Below are positions 13,924 through 25,330 of a DNA stretch of 64,000 nt, in pieces. The stretch covers positions 186,001 through 250,000 of the forward strand of contig RHPI01003389.1 in NCBI GenBank assembly GCA_009103225.1, written 5' to 3'. The translations under genes were made by a program, and so were the position numbers. The first letter of the stretch is position 1; each line of letters opens with the position of its first letter. Under the pieces are notes generated by a model, which was not told the DNA's origin, ran no database searches, and worked only from the letters and a program-made list of their open reading frames with translations. Source of the stretch: Chlorokybus atmophyticus. Its lineage: Eukaryota; Plantae; Mesostigma and Chlorokybus algae.

Positions 13924-14177
13924 CCCCCCCCCCCCCCCTTCATTCAGACGCGGTGTGCACATCTGTGCAGGGATCGCTGCCCGCTAATTGTCCCTTGGTG
14001 TGTTGGTGTGCCCTCCAACAGATCCCCTCTCTTGTGCTCTTGCTTGAGCCATTGTCGTGAGCCAATTGCACTCGCTGATTGTGCTGCTGTCTTGTCTGCA
14101 TGAAACAACTGCGTTGGACTGATGGGGGGGAGGGGGGTGGGGAGGGGATGGTGGGTGACGTTGGTGTCGTGCAACAG

Positions 14178-15074
14178 ATGTTGGAGGTGCACTTTGACAA
14201 CGGCCGCAGCTTCAACTTACCCGCGGAGCTCCTCAGAGTTGAAAGCCCTTCCGCGCTCAACCGCAGGGTCAGTATACACTAAATGTTAGTTGCAGATTAC
14301 ATGCGGGCTGAGCTCGGGTTAGAAAGGGTATAATTGGTGTTGACTATGTATAGCAGCTTGGCTCACTATGTGTTCCCGCATGCGGAACAGCGTGTATGCG
14401 CATGCATGTGTGTGTGCTAGAGTTGGTATGGTTGTGCATGCGTGTGCCTGGCTCGCAGTGTGCGTGCGAGCACGTTGACGGGTTGTTTCGCTCTATGCAG
14501 GTGGTATCGGGGAGGAGGCATGTCGGCATCATGGGGGTTGAGTCGGTTGGCAACTACGGTGTACGGTACGAGCACACATCTGTGTGCATGTGTTCTCACA
14601 CGCATGTTTGTGCATCCACCTTGCACGCACTTAAGCCAGGCATAGCAGATATTAAGACCCAGCAACTCTGTACATCACATCATATACACATAACTGGTGC
14701 TGTGGTCTTTTGTCAACTGCAATTCTTGATGGACAACTTATAAACGCACACATACACATTGACACATCAATGTTATATGCAGTTGTATCAAGGCACCTAG
14801 CACAGCACAGTATAGTGCTGTGCTGCATCTATACGACGTCGGTCATGTGGTTGATGACGAAAGATGTTGCATTCTAACATGAGCGAGTATGCGCAGACTC
14901 ATGTTTGACGACTTGCACGACACGGGCATATACACTTGGGATTTCATATACAATCTCGGTGACAACAAGTTCGGGCGAATCCGCCAGTACTTGTGCTCAT
15001 TGAAGCGTGCGGGACTTAGCAGGGATTCACTCAAACCCACGAAGCAGCGCCCCGACACAACGCGCCCAACATAG
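14178..15074 (+). CDS. DUF971 / gamma-butyrobetaine hydroxylase-like N-terminal domain protein (5' end unresolved)
   Basis: Three exons: MLEVHFDNGRSFNLPAELLRVESPSA; VVSGRRHVGIMGVESVGNYGVR; LMFDDLHDTGIYTWDFIYNLG..*, with TAG at 15072-15074. Confidence 0.85.
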
Positions 15075-15075
15075 T

Positions 15076-16509
15076 CTAAGCTTTCTGCTGTCTTTGGGTG
15101 AGGAACTTCCATGACACAACAAGGCTGGCGGGAACCACTGCGAAGGTCGCTGCGCGGAGAGTCTCTTCGGTGGCGGGAGAAATGGCTCCTATTCGGGACC
15201 AATCGCCACTGTATCTGTCATACATGACACGACGAAAGTGAACACAACAACAGGAGGTAATGTAGCAACGAGGAAAGGCGCATACGCACAGGCAGAAGCA
15301 TGTGCACGCACACACAAGCCTTCGCACGCATGCACGCACGGGTCAAGTGGCTGCTGATATGTGGATTTTGTGTGTAGGTCATGTGCGTATGTGTACCCAG
15401 CGTCGATGAAGCCGGCGTCAAAGACGAGCACCGCCGCAAGGGCCAGCAGCTTGCTTTTGCTTAAGGATTGCGATGGTGGTGTTGAGGGCTTTGTGCTGTT
15501 GGAGCCTGAGTCTTGCTTAGCTGACATGCGAGCCGGTTGCTTCACATCTGCCTGTTGGTGGGTGGGTGGGTGGGCCCGCATGTGCACTTGTATATGCGCG
15601 CGCATGCGTGTGCATGCTCGACTGTGTGTTTGCTTAGCCATACTTGTTGTTGTTGGAGTTGTGTTGTATTCAAGCAACTCTGGAGCGCTACTCGGCGTAA
15701 AATGCATGCAAAGACACATGCATTGCGTTCATGCATGAGACCTGCGCTGGGAGCTGTGTCCTGCGGTTGCCGTTGCGATGAGGTTGACATTGCATCCTCT
15801 GGCCTGCCAAGCGAGAAAGACGTCAAGTCATCTTCACAGTCTGTCATGACCTCATCAATGCGCAAATTGTAAGCACGCTATAACCGTCCTACGCAGCTGT
15901 GTGTTGCACAGCTTGGGCACATGCATGCCAGTTTGTCGCACAATTGCAGAAAGTTTGAAAAAAGTAAGTTGGGCATTGGGTAGGAAGCAACACAATAAAC
16001 AAAGTGAAGGCATGGTGGTGGCATAATGACCCACATGCGCACGCACTTGCAGTTCTGCCTGGCAGTGCATGCGCGTGAAAACCAATGCTACGTGCATAGC
16101 ATCAAGAGCAGACAGATATTTGTCAGTGCTATATTCACACTGCGTTCCGTCATCCACTGCTACGGCACAAATGTATATCCAATATACTAGAGGCTCAGTA
16201 TAGTATACAGGTTGTACGTTTGTGCCGTTGCATTGGATACTGAGCCTCTGTTGTCTTGTTGTTTTGCCAATTGTATCGGTGGGTGTGTGCATGACTGTGC
16301 ATGACTGTGCATTACCTACCCGACTCTATGCCATCACGTACACGGGCGCACAGATGCATGCAACAACAAGCAGTTGTGTTGACGACACGCAGCAAATGAT
16401 GGCAATGATGATGATGATGGTGGTGGTGCACGCAGCTGGTCAGGTTGCTTTTCTGCAAGCACGCCTCACCTGTGCACCCTATCGGCAGCACCGCCGCCGC
16501 CAGCGACAT
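15076..16509 (-). CDS. Small green-lineage membrane protein of unknown function, probable plastid transit peptide (GFIDAGYSGDWSRIG motif)
   Basis: MSLAAAVLPIGCT first exon; spliced C-terminus LLALAAVLVFDAGFIDAG|YSGDWSRIGAISPATEETLRAATFAVVPASLVVSWKF..* with the phase-2 junction GG|A restoring Gly. The motif recalls a conserved plant DUF (from memory, unverified). Confidence 0.7.
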
Positions 16510-16560
16510 CCTCGCGGAGGAGGACAAAGGTAGCCTGTGCAGAAGCCGTGCGAGCGAGCC

Positions 16561-17811
16561 ATGAGCTGGGCGGCGGCGGCGGCGGCGCTGGCGGGGAGGC
16601 GCCTGGCGACGGGGGCGGGGACGGTACGGCTGGGCTTCGCTGCTGAGGTCAGAGCGGGGCGCTTGTGTGCGCTTGTGTTTGCTGATTCACATTGGCGCTC
16701 TTGAGTGAAGAGCTCCTCTCTCTGCTCCTGTGGCAAAAGACTCAGTAGACTGGCTCTTTTGGTAAATGTATCAAGCGCTCGAACATCTAAACAAGTGATG
16801 AGCCAAGCGTTGCATCATCCTCGTAGCCAAAAATCAGTGTGTCTCTTGATCGCTTCCCTCTTGGCGTCGATTACGTTTATCATTTGTCTAGTATTTCCTC
16901 TTTGATGCTATGGTCAAGCCATAGAACGGCACAAATATGCGCCTCAAACTGCCTAACACACTGATTGAAAGCAGTTTGAACACTGTTGTCGAAGTTTGTT
17001 TGCGCCCGTCTCTGTTCCTACAGTGGGTGCTGGATAACTCTCGTTCCACACGCATGCCTGAGGCAGAGACAATCACATTATAGTGACTTGCTGCTTACAT
17101 GTGATCACTGCTGCTCATGTTCATTAGGTTGATTGTGTTCGGTGTCTTTTGAGTTGTTTACATTGAGTGGACAGCGTTTGCACAAAAACGCATGCAACCA
17201 GCCCGGAGTGTTACTGTCCCACATCTCAGACTGACGATCGTGCGCAGAGTCTTGTATGTTCATCCAATCCGCGGACGGGCGCGCTGGTGGAAAACAATTT
17301 CATTAGGGCATCGCAGCAGCAGGCAGTCAGTTGTTATGCAACGCACGCAAAGCTAAAATCCTACTCGTAAGCCAATGCTGTCCTGTTTGCGTGGCCATGC
17401 TGTCTACTCTCTGCGTGTGCGTGTGCGCACACGCAAGTGAAGTGCATGGCATTCCATGCGCCTCTGCGTGTGCACATGTCTTGCACAGTCTCAAGCACGT
17501 GCTTCGCAGGTCTCTGAAAGACCGCTTCCTTATCAACGCCAAGGGCATGTACATACGTCGCAAAGCTGGCAAGCGACACCTCGCCTCAACAAAGGTGCCA
17601 ATATGCCAGTAATTAATACTCTTGCCTTTTCAAATGCTGGGGATGCGATGTTGGTCACTTTTTGGTACCACCACCACCACCGCAACAACAACAACAACAA
17701 CAAATCCTCTTTGTCTGGCAGAACCGAGTGCGGCTAAGGTGGCTGAAGAAGCCAGCATATGTTGTTCCCGCGTATGGTTATGTCATGAAGAAGTTGGGAT
17801 TCCTGCAATAG
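16561..17811 (+). CDS. rpl35: Mitochondrial-type 50S ribosomal protein L35 (5' end tentative)
   Basis: Spliced KLKSYS|SLKDRFLINAKGMYIRRKAGKRHLASTK|NRVRLRWLKKPAYVVPAYGYVMKKLGFLQ* (17340-17811) matches plant mitochondrial L35. A presequence-like MSWAAAAAALAGRRLA at 16561 is only a candidate start. Confidence 0.85.
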
Positions 17812-18743
17812 CAGCGGCTGCAATTTATGATGTCAACGTTTCTCCAATCCCAGAAAGTGCTGAGTGAAAGGTTTTGAAGCATGAGTTATGTTGATTCATT
17901 GGAGTTGTGATTGTCCTTACAACAAGGGATAGCATCAGATACGACCAAAGGTTTTCAGAGCTCAACAAAGCAGTGTCGCCATGCTGGAGGCGCAGCTTTG
18001 TTGCAGTGCTGCTTTGCTACAATCACAGTTGTTGAGCTATCAGCGGTGTGAAAACCAAGTTACAAAGCTGGACTGTCTCCTGAACATGAGCTTGATGTGG
18101 TAACTGTCGCTGTCAACAGATGTGACAGATGCTGGCCGTGATGACAACAACCAGCAGGAGAACAAATGCCCATCCAAATGCTATAAGCTGAGCTCAGAAT
18201 CAAGCGCCAGGCCCCATTTCAAACACCTGGCATGCTCCAAATGCGCGGCGAACACACAAACACATGACATGTCGCCCATCCACGTGAGTGTCACCTGAAG
18301 GAATGAACTCACGGCACACTTGCACAGCTGCACATTGCAAACTTTGAACTCATTACCCAGGGTGGGAAACACAACCTGACCCACCGGCAGCCAGTGTCTA
18401 CAGGCTCACAGTTTTGGGTTTTCGGCTTGATTTCTTGTAATGTTGAGCTGATTGCGCAAGGACAGCACATCATCACGCCATGGTGCAATCACTCAGAAAC
18501 TCGAAATGTATCCATGCTTACCTTGCACATATATGCGGGCATGCGGGGAGTGGAGTAGGCCACTAACTGCCTGTCAGCGACCACACTCGCAAACACCCTG
18601 CTAAGGCTGCGTTGCCGATTGACTAATGTACACTCAGAAGAGGTATCATGCGACTTTTGGGGGTCAAAAACATATGCCACGCAGCAACTATGCTGTCGCG
18701 GCGTACACATGAACCTGCTGCTTGCCTTTCTTGCCTTACTCTC

Positions 18744-21700
18744 TCAGCTTGTCACTGTGCTCCACTGGGGTGGGATGTGTGTGGGCCGTCGATGCACAAC
18801 AGAGAACCCCGCATGACCATGTCCGTGACCATGCACCTGACCGTGACTGTGACCGTGGCCCTTGAGCGCACCAACCCGGGAAGCAAAGTTGGCCGCCGAG
18901 ATGGAGACCACGGGGCTCTTGCCGTCGCGTGGCGGGGAGAAGATCAGAGGCAGGTACTCATCCGTGTCGCACGCAAAACGTGAGTTCTTAAAGTGGTCTT
19001 CCAGAACCTCACGCCCCTGCACGCATGCATGTGTGTCATGCAAAAAATGTGCGTGGTACATGCACGTGCGCGGGTGTGTGCAGGTGTGTGTGTATGTGCG
19101 GGCCGCACGTATATCTGTGTGTGCGTGTCCGTGTGCCTGTGCTTAGAGACTTGGTACACGAGACCCACACCTGCAGGCGTGCATAGGTGATCTCGCAAAT
19201 CTTCCGGCTGTTGAACGCCTCCCAGGGCTGGCGATGGAAGGCTGTGTAGAAGCGCAAGGTTCCTTGAGAAGTAGTGAAATTTACAAACGCGTAACCGAGG
19301 TTGCAGCGGTTCCTATGGGAGCAGCATTCACGTGTGAGCAAAAAGGACAGGGAATGCACAAGCTCACAGAAGGTAGATGGAGAGTTGTCTGCAGCACGTA
19401 CTTGAAGTCAATTGGTAGGTACACAAAATCGTATGCAGAAGCTGCTTCGTCTTTCTGCAAGCCCGCATTGCACGTGCGGCAATGTTCGTCGAGCAGGGCC
19501 AGAAGCATCCCCTGACTGGCAAAGCACCATCTTTGTTCTCAAGCAAGCAGCAGCTACACACCGCAACTGGAGCACACGCTCTACATGATGCAAGTGTGAA
19601 TTGTGCTCTGATTCTAACAGATGTGTCATGTGCACGCAGAACAACTGACCCCACCTGTACTTGTTGGGTATGTTTTTTATCATTACAGTGGTACGTTCAT
19701 CCTCGCTCGAAGCGGAACAGCTGTCAGTAACAGTGGAAGCAGAAGCCGTGGGTGCCGAGAACTCGTACTGCTGAGGGCCGCCACTTTTCCTGGAGCGCTC
19801 TTTGTCACCGCAGGAGGAGGGAGCTTTGCTGTCATCAGAGGATGGTTTCACAAGCGCCGTATCCGCAGGCTCGCGGCGCAGCCTGCGCTGGGTATCTTTC
19901 CCTTGCAGACTGTGTGCAAAGTCCCTGTTGAGATATACATTACACACAGTAGCTTACACGCATGTGCGGTATGAACAGTCGTATTGCACACCTGTTCATG
20001 TGCGGCCCGCCCACGTAAGTTTCGCCCCGTGAACCATCTGAAGACAGGGCAGGATGCTGAGGACCTTGGTTTGGAGACAGCGGACCTGCAGAAGGGGAGA
20101 GTGAGTGCTAGCCCCCACTCAACATGTGTATACACATACACGGCGTGGGTTGTTATCATTTACCAACCTGGCATAGGCATAGGCATAGGCATGGGTGAGA
20201 TGGGTCCCGGGAAAGTGCCATAAGCCACAGGCCAACCGTACGGCATGGGGCGCATGTGTGGCTGCTGCTCTCGGGCGGACATGGCATGATTCATGTAGGC
20301 TGCGCCTTCCGGCATGTTGTTGGGAGGGTAACCGAGCGGGCCAGAGACCGATCTACGGGCGCCGCCTGGCCGGCTGTACTCAATCTTCAGCTTCTTGCCC
20401 CCAAGCTGGTTTGCATAAGAACATGTGCGATGTAAGTCAATGATGAGAGCGAGGTGAAGTGTAGGAAAGGCACCGCAAGCGCTCACCTGCTGGCCGTCCA
20501 TGGCCTGAAGAGCCTTGGCAGCATCGCGGACATCGTAGAACTCTACAAACCTATGCTGGTACTTTGCAGGCGTGAAGCGCACTTCCTTCACATCACCTGT
20601 GCGTGCGAATGTGGGTTATGTGTATCTCTATGAACAGTAATTACAATGCACCCGCATAAAACACCATGCTTCTGGCACTCTGCACACAAGCGTACCGTGC
20701 AAGGCAAAGGCAGCGTGCAACTCGGCGTTGCCGACAGCAGCATCAAGGTTGAAGATGACAAGAGTGCCTTGGTTGTGCCAATCGGAGGGAAAGCCACCAG
20801 CACCACCATCAGACGGGCTCGCGGCCTGATGATCGGACCTCTCTGCCGAATCCAGCGGGCCCAACACGACAGTGTAGTGCACTTCAAGCTGCTGCCACTC
20901 GGCCTCCAGCCTGGTTCGCAGCCCCTTCATGGCTTCCTGCGCGTGGCGCAAGTCATGGAAGTGTACCACCGCCACGCCACCCTGTGCCAGCTGGTCCGTC
21001 TGAAGCGCCCTGATGGAGCCGAAATCGTCAACAACCTTGCGCAAGTCCTCCGGACTGGTCGTGGCAGGTACACCCAGCAGCAGAAGGGACCTCGACGTGT
21101 GCACTCTTGGTGAGTGCGCATTCGCACTTGGTGAAGGCGGCATCGCTCCTGGCGCCTGCCCTTCCCACGGCAGCAATGGAGGTGCCATCTGAGTACAATA
21201 CAACAAGCATAAACATTAACCACCAATGAGGCGAGCAGCACCTGGTTCTCAGTTCCAACAGTCTGACAGACCGCACATGAAACTTCAAACAAGACCAAGC
21301 GCTGATGAACGTGTATACAACGACATGTGTTGTTGCTCACAAACCTGCATGTCCCAGTGCGGTGGCAGCTGGTAGGGAAAGGAGTACATTGGTGACGGCG
21401 GCAAGGGGCCGTTGGGTGATAGCGGCACAAAGTGGTAAGCGGGTGGCAGCGGTGACGGCATCGCTCCCGGCGTAAATGGTGTGGCATTCGGGTCCAGAAC
21501 TAGACCGTCATCCAACCGCAAAGCCTGGAGCGTGCAGCAACTTCCGTCAGCTCAATGCAACAAGCTTGCATACAGCAGCCACACGCAACTGACCGTCAGG
21601 TTTGGTGGCATGAACATGTGTGGCGGCATGTCCACTCGGGGTGGATGCATCCATGGACTCGGGTACATTGCAGGTTCAAGGCTTGGTAGCATTATGCCAC

Positions 21701-22411
21701 CTGCCAGATTGAAGCAAGCAGAGCAAAGACTGGGTGAACATGTCACAACAACGATGGTGTGTGCATGCATATCAGCGTACTTGGCATGGGTGCGTGCATC
21801 CACTCAGGTGGGTAGTAGTGAAAGCCTCCAGCATGCACAGACCCATTCGCGAGCATGGCATGTGCATTCTGCTGCTCCGTTGCCTGGGGCTTGTCCTGCA
21901 TGTCCACCACAAGCAAGAATACTGTTATGTGACAAGATGACGGGTGCTCCCGTTGTGTCCCACACAAGCTGCTCAAGTGCGCGTGCCAATCACACTGCTC
22001 CGCACTGCATGCATCTGCTTGACACAGCCACCTGTGCGTGTGCAAGCTGGTGCCTTGCCATCAGCAGCCAAGCGTGCATTGATACGGACAGCTGCTGTCT
22101 GACAGCTGCACGGGACTGGACACTGACTGCGCAGTGCTGCCCGCATCAAAGCCAGCTGTCAAGTTGACTATGACACCAGCTGTCAGCAGCAGCTGACGTT
22201 GCAAGCAAACAAGCAGTGAACTGAACAGCAGCAACTGCAGTGCTGCAGTGCTCCAGTGAACTGAACTTACAGTCATAGCATGGCACAGTCACTTCAGCAA
22301 CACAGGCATCAAGCAAGCACTAAGCAAGCAAGCTTCAGCCACACCAACCTCCTCATGCGACACGGAGGAGGCTGTAGCCACCACGGCAGGGTTGCCGTCC
22401 CCCTGCTCCAT
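18744..22411 (-). CDS. TEL1: MEI2-like three-RRM RNA-binding protein of the TERMINAL EAR1 (TEL) subfamily
   Basis: RRM1 [10 protein letters not shown]; RRM2 [25 protein letters not shown]; RRM3 [93 protein letters not shown]. Start codon tentative. Confidence 0.9.
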
Positions 22412-23247
22412 GCAATGGTGAGGCCGGCCACACCCTACTGGCAATGGGGGGTGGTCCTGGACCCCGCCAGCAGCAACATCTCACTCCATGCTTCAGGTAC
22501 AACGGCACTACATCCAGGCCAGGCTGAGCAGCAGCAGGCGGTGGCGGCGGCGAACAGGCCGGCCGCAATGAGGCCAGCAGCAGGATAATGTCGGCGGCGT
22601 CACCTCTCACGGGCGTAGTCGAACACCGGTTAAAACGCGGACCGGACGACTCTTGACGGCAAGAAAGGTGGCCGCGCAAATCAACTCCAATTCGACGGCT
22701 TTCCCTAGAGACAGAACCCGATATCGACAATAATAGCGATATTATGAAACGCGTCAACCATGAAAGATCAGTTAAACCGCGTTGCTCCGCCGTCTTGTCT
22801 GTTAGAGTGCGACCAAGCTGGTGAGAGGAAAGGAAAAAGAGCCGAGCTGGAGCGTGATATAATGTCTGCATGTTTATCCAACTTTATCATCCTCTGCGTG
22901 TTGTGGAGTGTTGCGTCAGGGCCGCGTAACAGTGGCAATGATGTTGAGGTACTTGGCGTTGCCGTAATTGATTTGCTGCATCAGTTCTACGTACATAATG
23001 TTCAAAACACTGATAATGTACGCGTTCAACGTGCATGGCCCATGTGTCGTGAATGACGACACGTGAATACATTTAATCTAAGTGCAGGTAAACATCATGA
23101 GTCGTTCATCATAGCTATGATGCTCTCATTCTTATCAATGCGGTGCAAGTAACCCATGTAATGTACTGATCGAATGGTAGCAAATGCATCACTGTTGGTG
23201 TACCGATCAATGGCATTTGCCCTGTTTCAAGCAGCACGTAAGGCACA

Positions 23248-23335
23248 GCAGCTGATGCTACCCCCCTTTTTTTAAGGGTGTAGCATCAGCTGCTACACCT
23301 TATTAAGGGGTGTAGCATCAGCTGCTACACCCCTT
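23248..23335. repeat. Cluster of short hairpin-forming repeats
   Basis: GGTGTAGCA-TCAGC-TGCTACACC at 23277-23299, again with a 13-bp stem at 23305-23335, plus an inverted partial copy at 23248-23264. Confidence 0.85.
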
Positions 23336-24199
23336 CATAAGATGTAGCACCTGATGGAGGTGGCGGGGTGCAGGGGGCTAGATCACAATACATCACCGTA
23401 TACTGTGACAGCACAGCACAACATCTCCTACTTTGCTTGTCCTATCAACGCCCAATCCCATGCCTAACACTAGGTTAGATTACATTGGGTTAACTCCCTG
23501 CATTGTATCCGCAGGTTGGTTAACCAATTGGTTAAGCCATTGCTATCTGCTGTTAATTGCCTGCCTCACTATTAATGCATTGCGCAGCATATAGCAACAC
23601 TTAGGGTAGCGAATGGGTGCCTCCGGGTGTGATATCAAGTGCCTCAAATTGTGTTGTGTCTGCTCTTACCCTGCTATACACCTCTGCTTGTGCACGCATG
23701 TTTTTGCATGACATGTTGCAATTTATACTCTGTACATCGCAAGGACAATAAGCACATACACACACATGCATGCGCCTTTGTAGTACGACGAGTGTATTTC
23801 AAACAAAGGCAATCAACGGTTAGTGCATGCGGGGCTAGATTTATGGTACCACATACATTGCTTGAACATGCTTACATCATGATAGTGCAAACGTGCTGAC
23901 AGACTGCATAAGCATAACTGGAGTACTCGGTTCATTACCCACATGCTTTCAAAGTTAGCGCGATGATGGTCGTCACGTATCTCAGCAGTGTTGTGGCTAC
24001 CCTCACACATGTGTTCACCCATGTGTGAGAGCAGCAAATGCATTTCGGCGATACAACATGCGATTATCGAATTTAAGCAATCGTCATGTGTGTGGACGTG
24101 TGGACGTGTGGTTGCTACTCGAGCGCACACTTGTGCTACTCCGCACTTCAACATTATGACAACCATTGCCACTTACCTTACAACAATCATTGATGCATC

Positions 24200-25330
24200 C
24201 ATTGCTGGATAAAGCCGAAGGCATTCGTTTTACATATTCCCGCTAAGGTTGGAAGCAAAAACCGCACCCTCGTCACTCAAAAGGCCCCGGTACACGCATT
24301 GGTCGTGCATGCGGTGGCGGTGGTGTGACACTTACAGAATGCTCTTTATCTGTTAATGTACACATCGATGACATGCGCCGTGTGCACCATATGTACATGC
24401 TGCCCCGTTTTATTTCACAACGTTGTTTACCAACTTGCAGCATGCTGACTTGCTCCATCGCATGCAAGCATTGCTGGTAGAGTTGTTTGCAGTGGCCCAG
24501 CAACAACACCGAGCACCGGTGTTGAAAATCATCAAGCTGCCGCGGAAGCAATACACGCACTCTTAAACGTGGCCATAGAATGCTGCCCTGGAAAACAAGG
24601 ACACTCAATTCAAGCGGTGCACAGCGGCCCCCGTATATGAGTGGTTGTTGTTTATGATTAACAACTTGTACGTGCAAGCAGCTGCAGACGAAGTGCACCG
24701 CCAACTCATAAGCATTTCGATGGGCAATGACGCTATTGTCTACATCGCCAACAACGTTTTGCAATCGTTCGAGTTGGCGTGGGTGCGCAGGGCAAAGCCA
24801 TTACCCGACAGTTCTATATTCCTCAAAGTTGTTCGCAGTAGTTTGCGGTATGTGGATGACCTCCTAGTTGTGGAAGTGCATGACTTCATGTCGTTCATGT
24901 ATCTACACCATGACGCTTTGGGGGGTGGCATCTACCCACATCATATGTTAACCTTGTTGTGCACAGCAGCTAGTGACAAGTGCCATACCTGGGCATGCTC
25001 ATTTTTCAAACAAATTCTTGTTGGGCAACCTGGGTGCATGAAAAGTTCACCACCCCTGTGTATACAGGCATCCGGCATCGTAAAGCACCCCATGTCAGCT
25101 CCGACATTGCTACATCAGCCAAGATGAACGTGGTGGCTTGGTTTGTGCGCTACAACAGGCTGATTACATACAGGGAGCACTTTGTGATCGACTTTGCAAA
25201 ATGGATGATGGTTCGTGCGCTACAGCAGGCTGACTACATACAGGGAGCACTTTGTAATCGACTTTGCGAAATGGATGATGACCATGGTGGCTGAGGGATA
25301 CAACTCGCGTGCGTTCCTTGCAAAGCTGCA
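24200..25330 (+). mobile_element. Degenerate Penelope-like element reverse transcriptase (copy 1)
   Basis: LFTNLQHADLLHRMQALLVELF; INNLYVQ..RQLISISMGNDAIVYIANNVLQSFE; SLRYVDDLLVV; GGGIYP; PYLGMLI. Broken by stops and frameshifts. Confidence 0.75.

Noticed and set aside
14120-14160. G-quadruplex-like G runs (also 26100-26125)
   Set aside because: Homopolymer-rich context common in this window; no evidence of function.
23248-23335. CRISPR-like reading of the palindromic repeats
   Set aside because: Only 2-3 units, spacers of a few nt, eukaryotic context, no cas genes.
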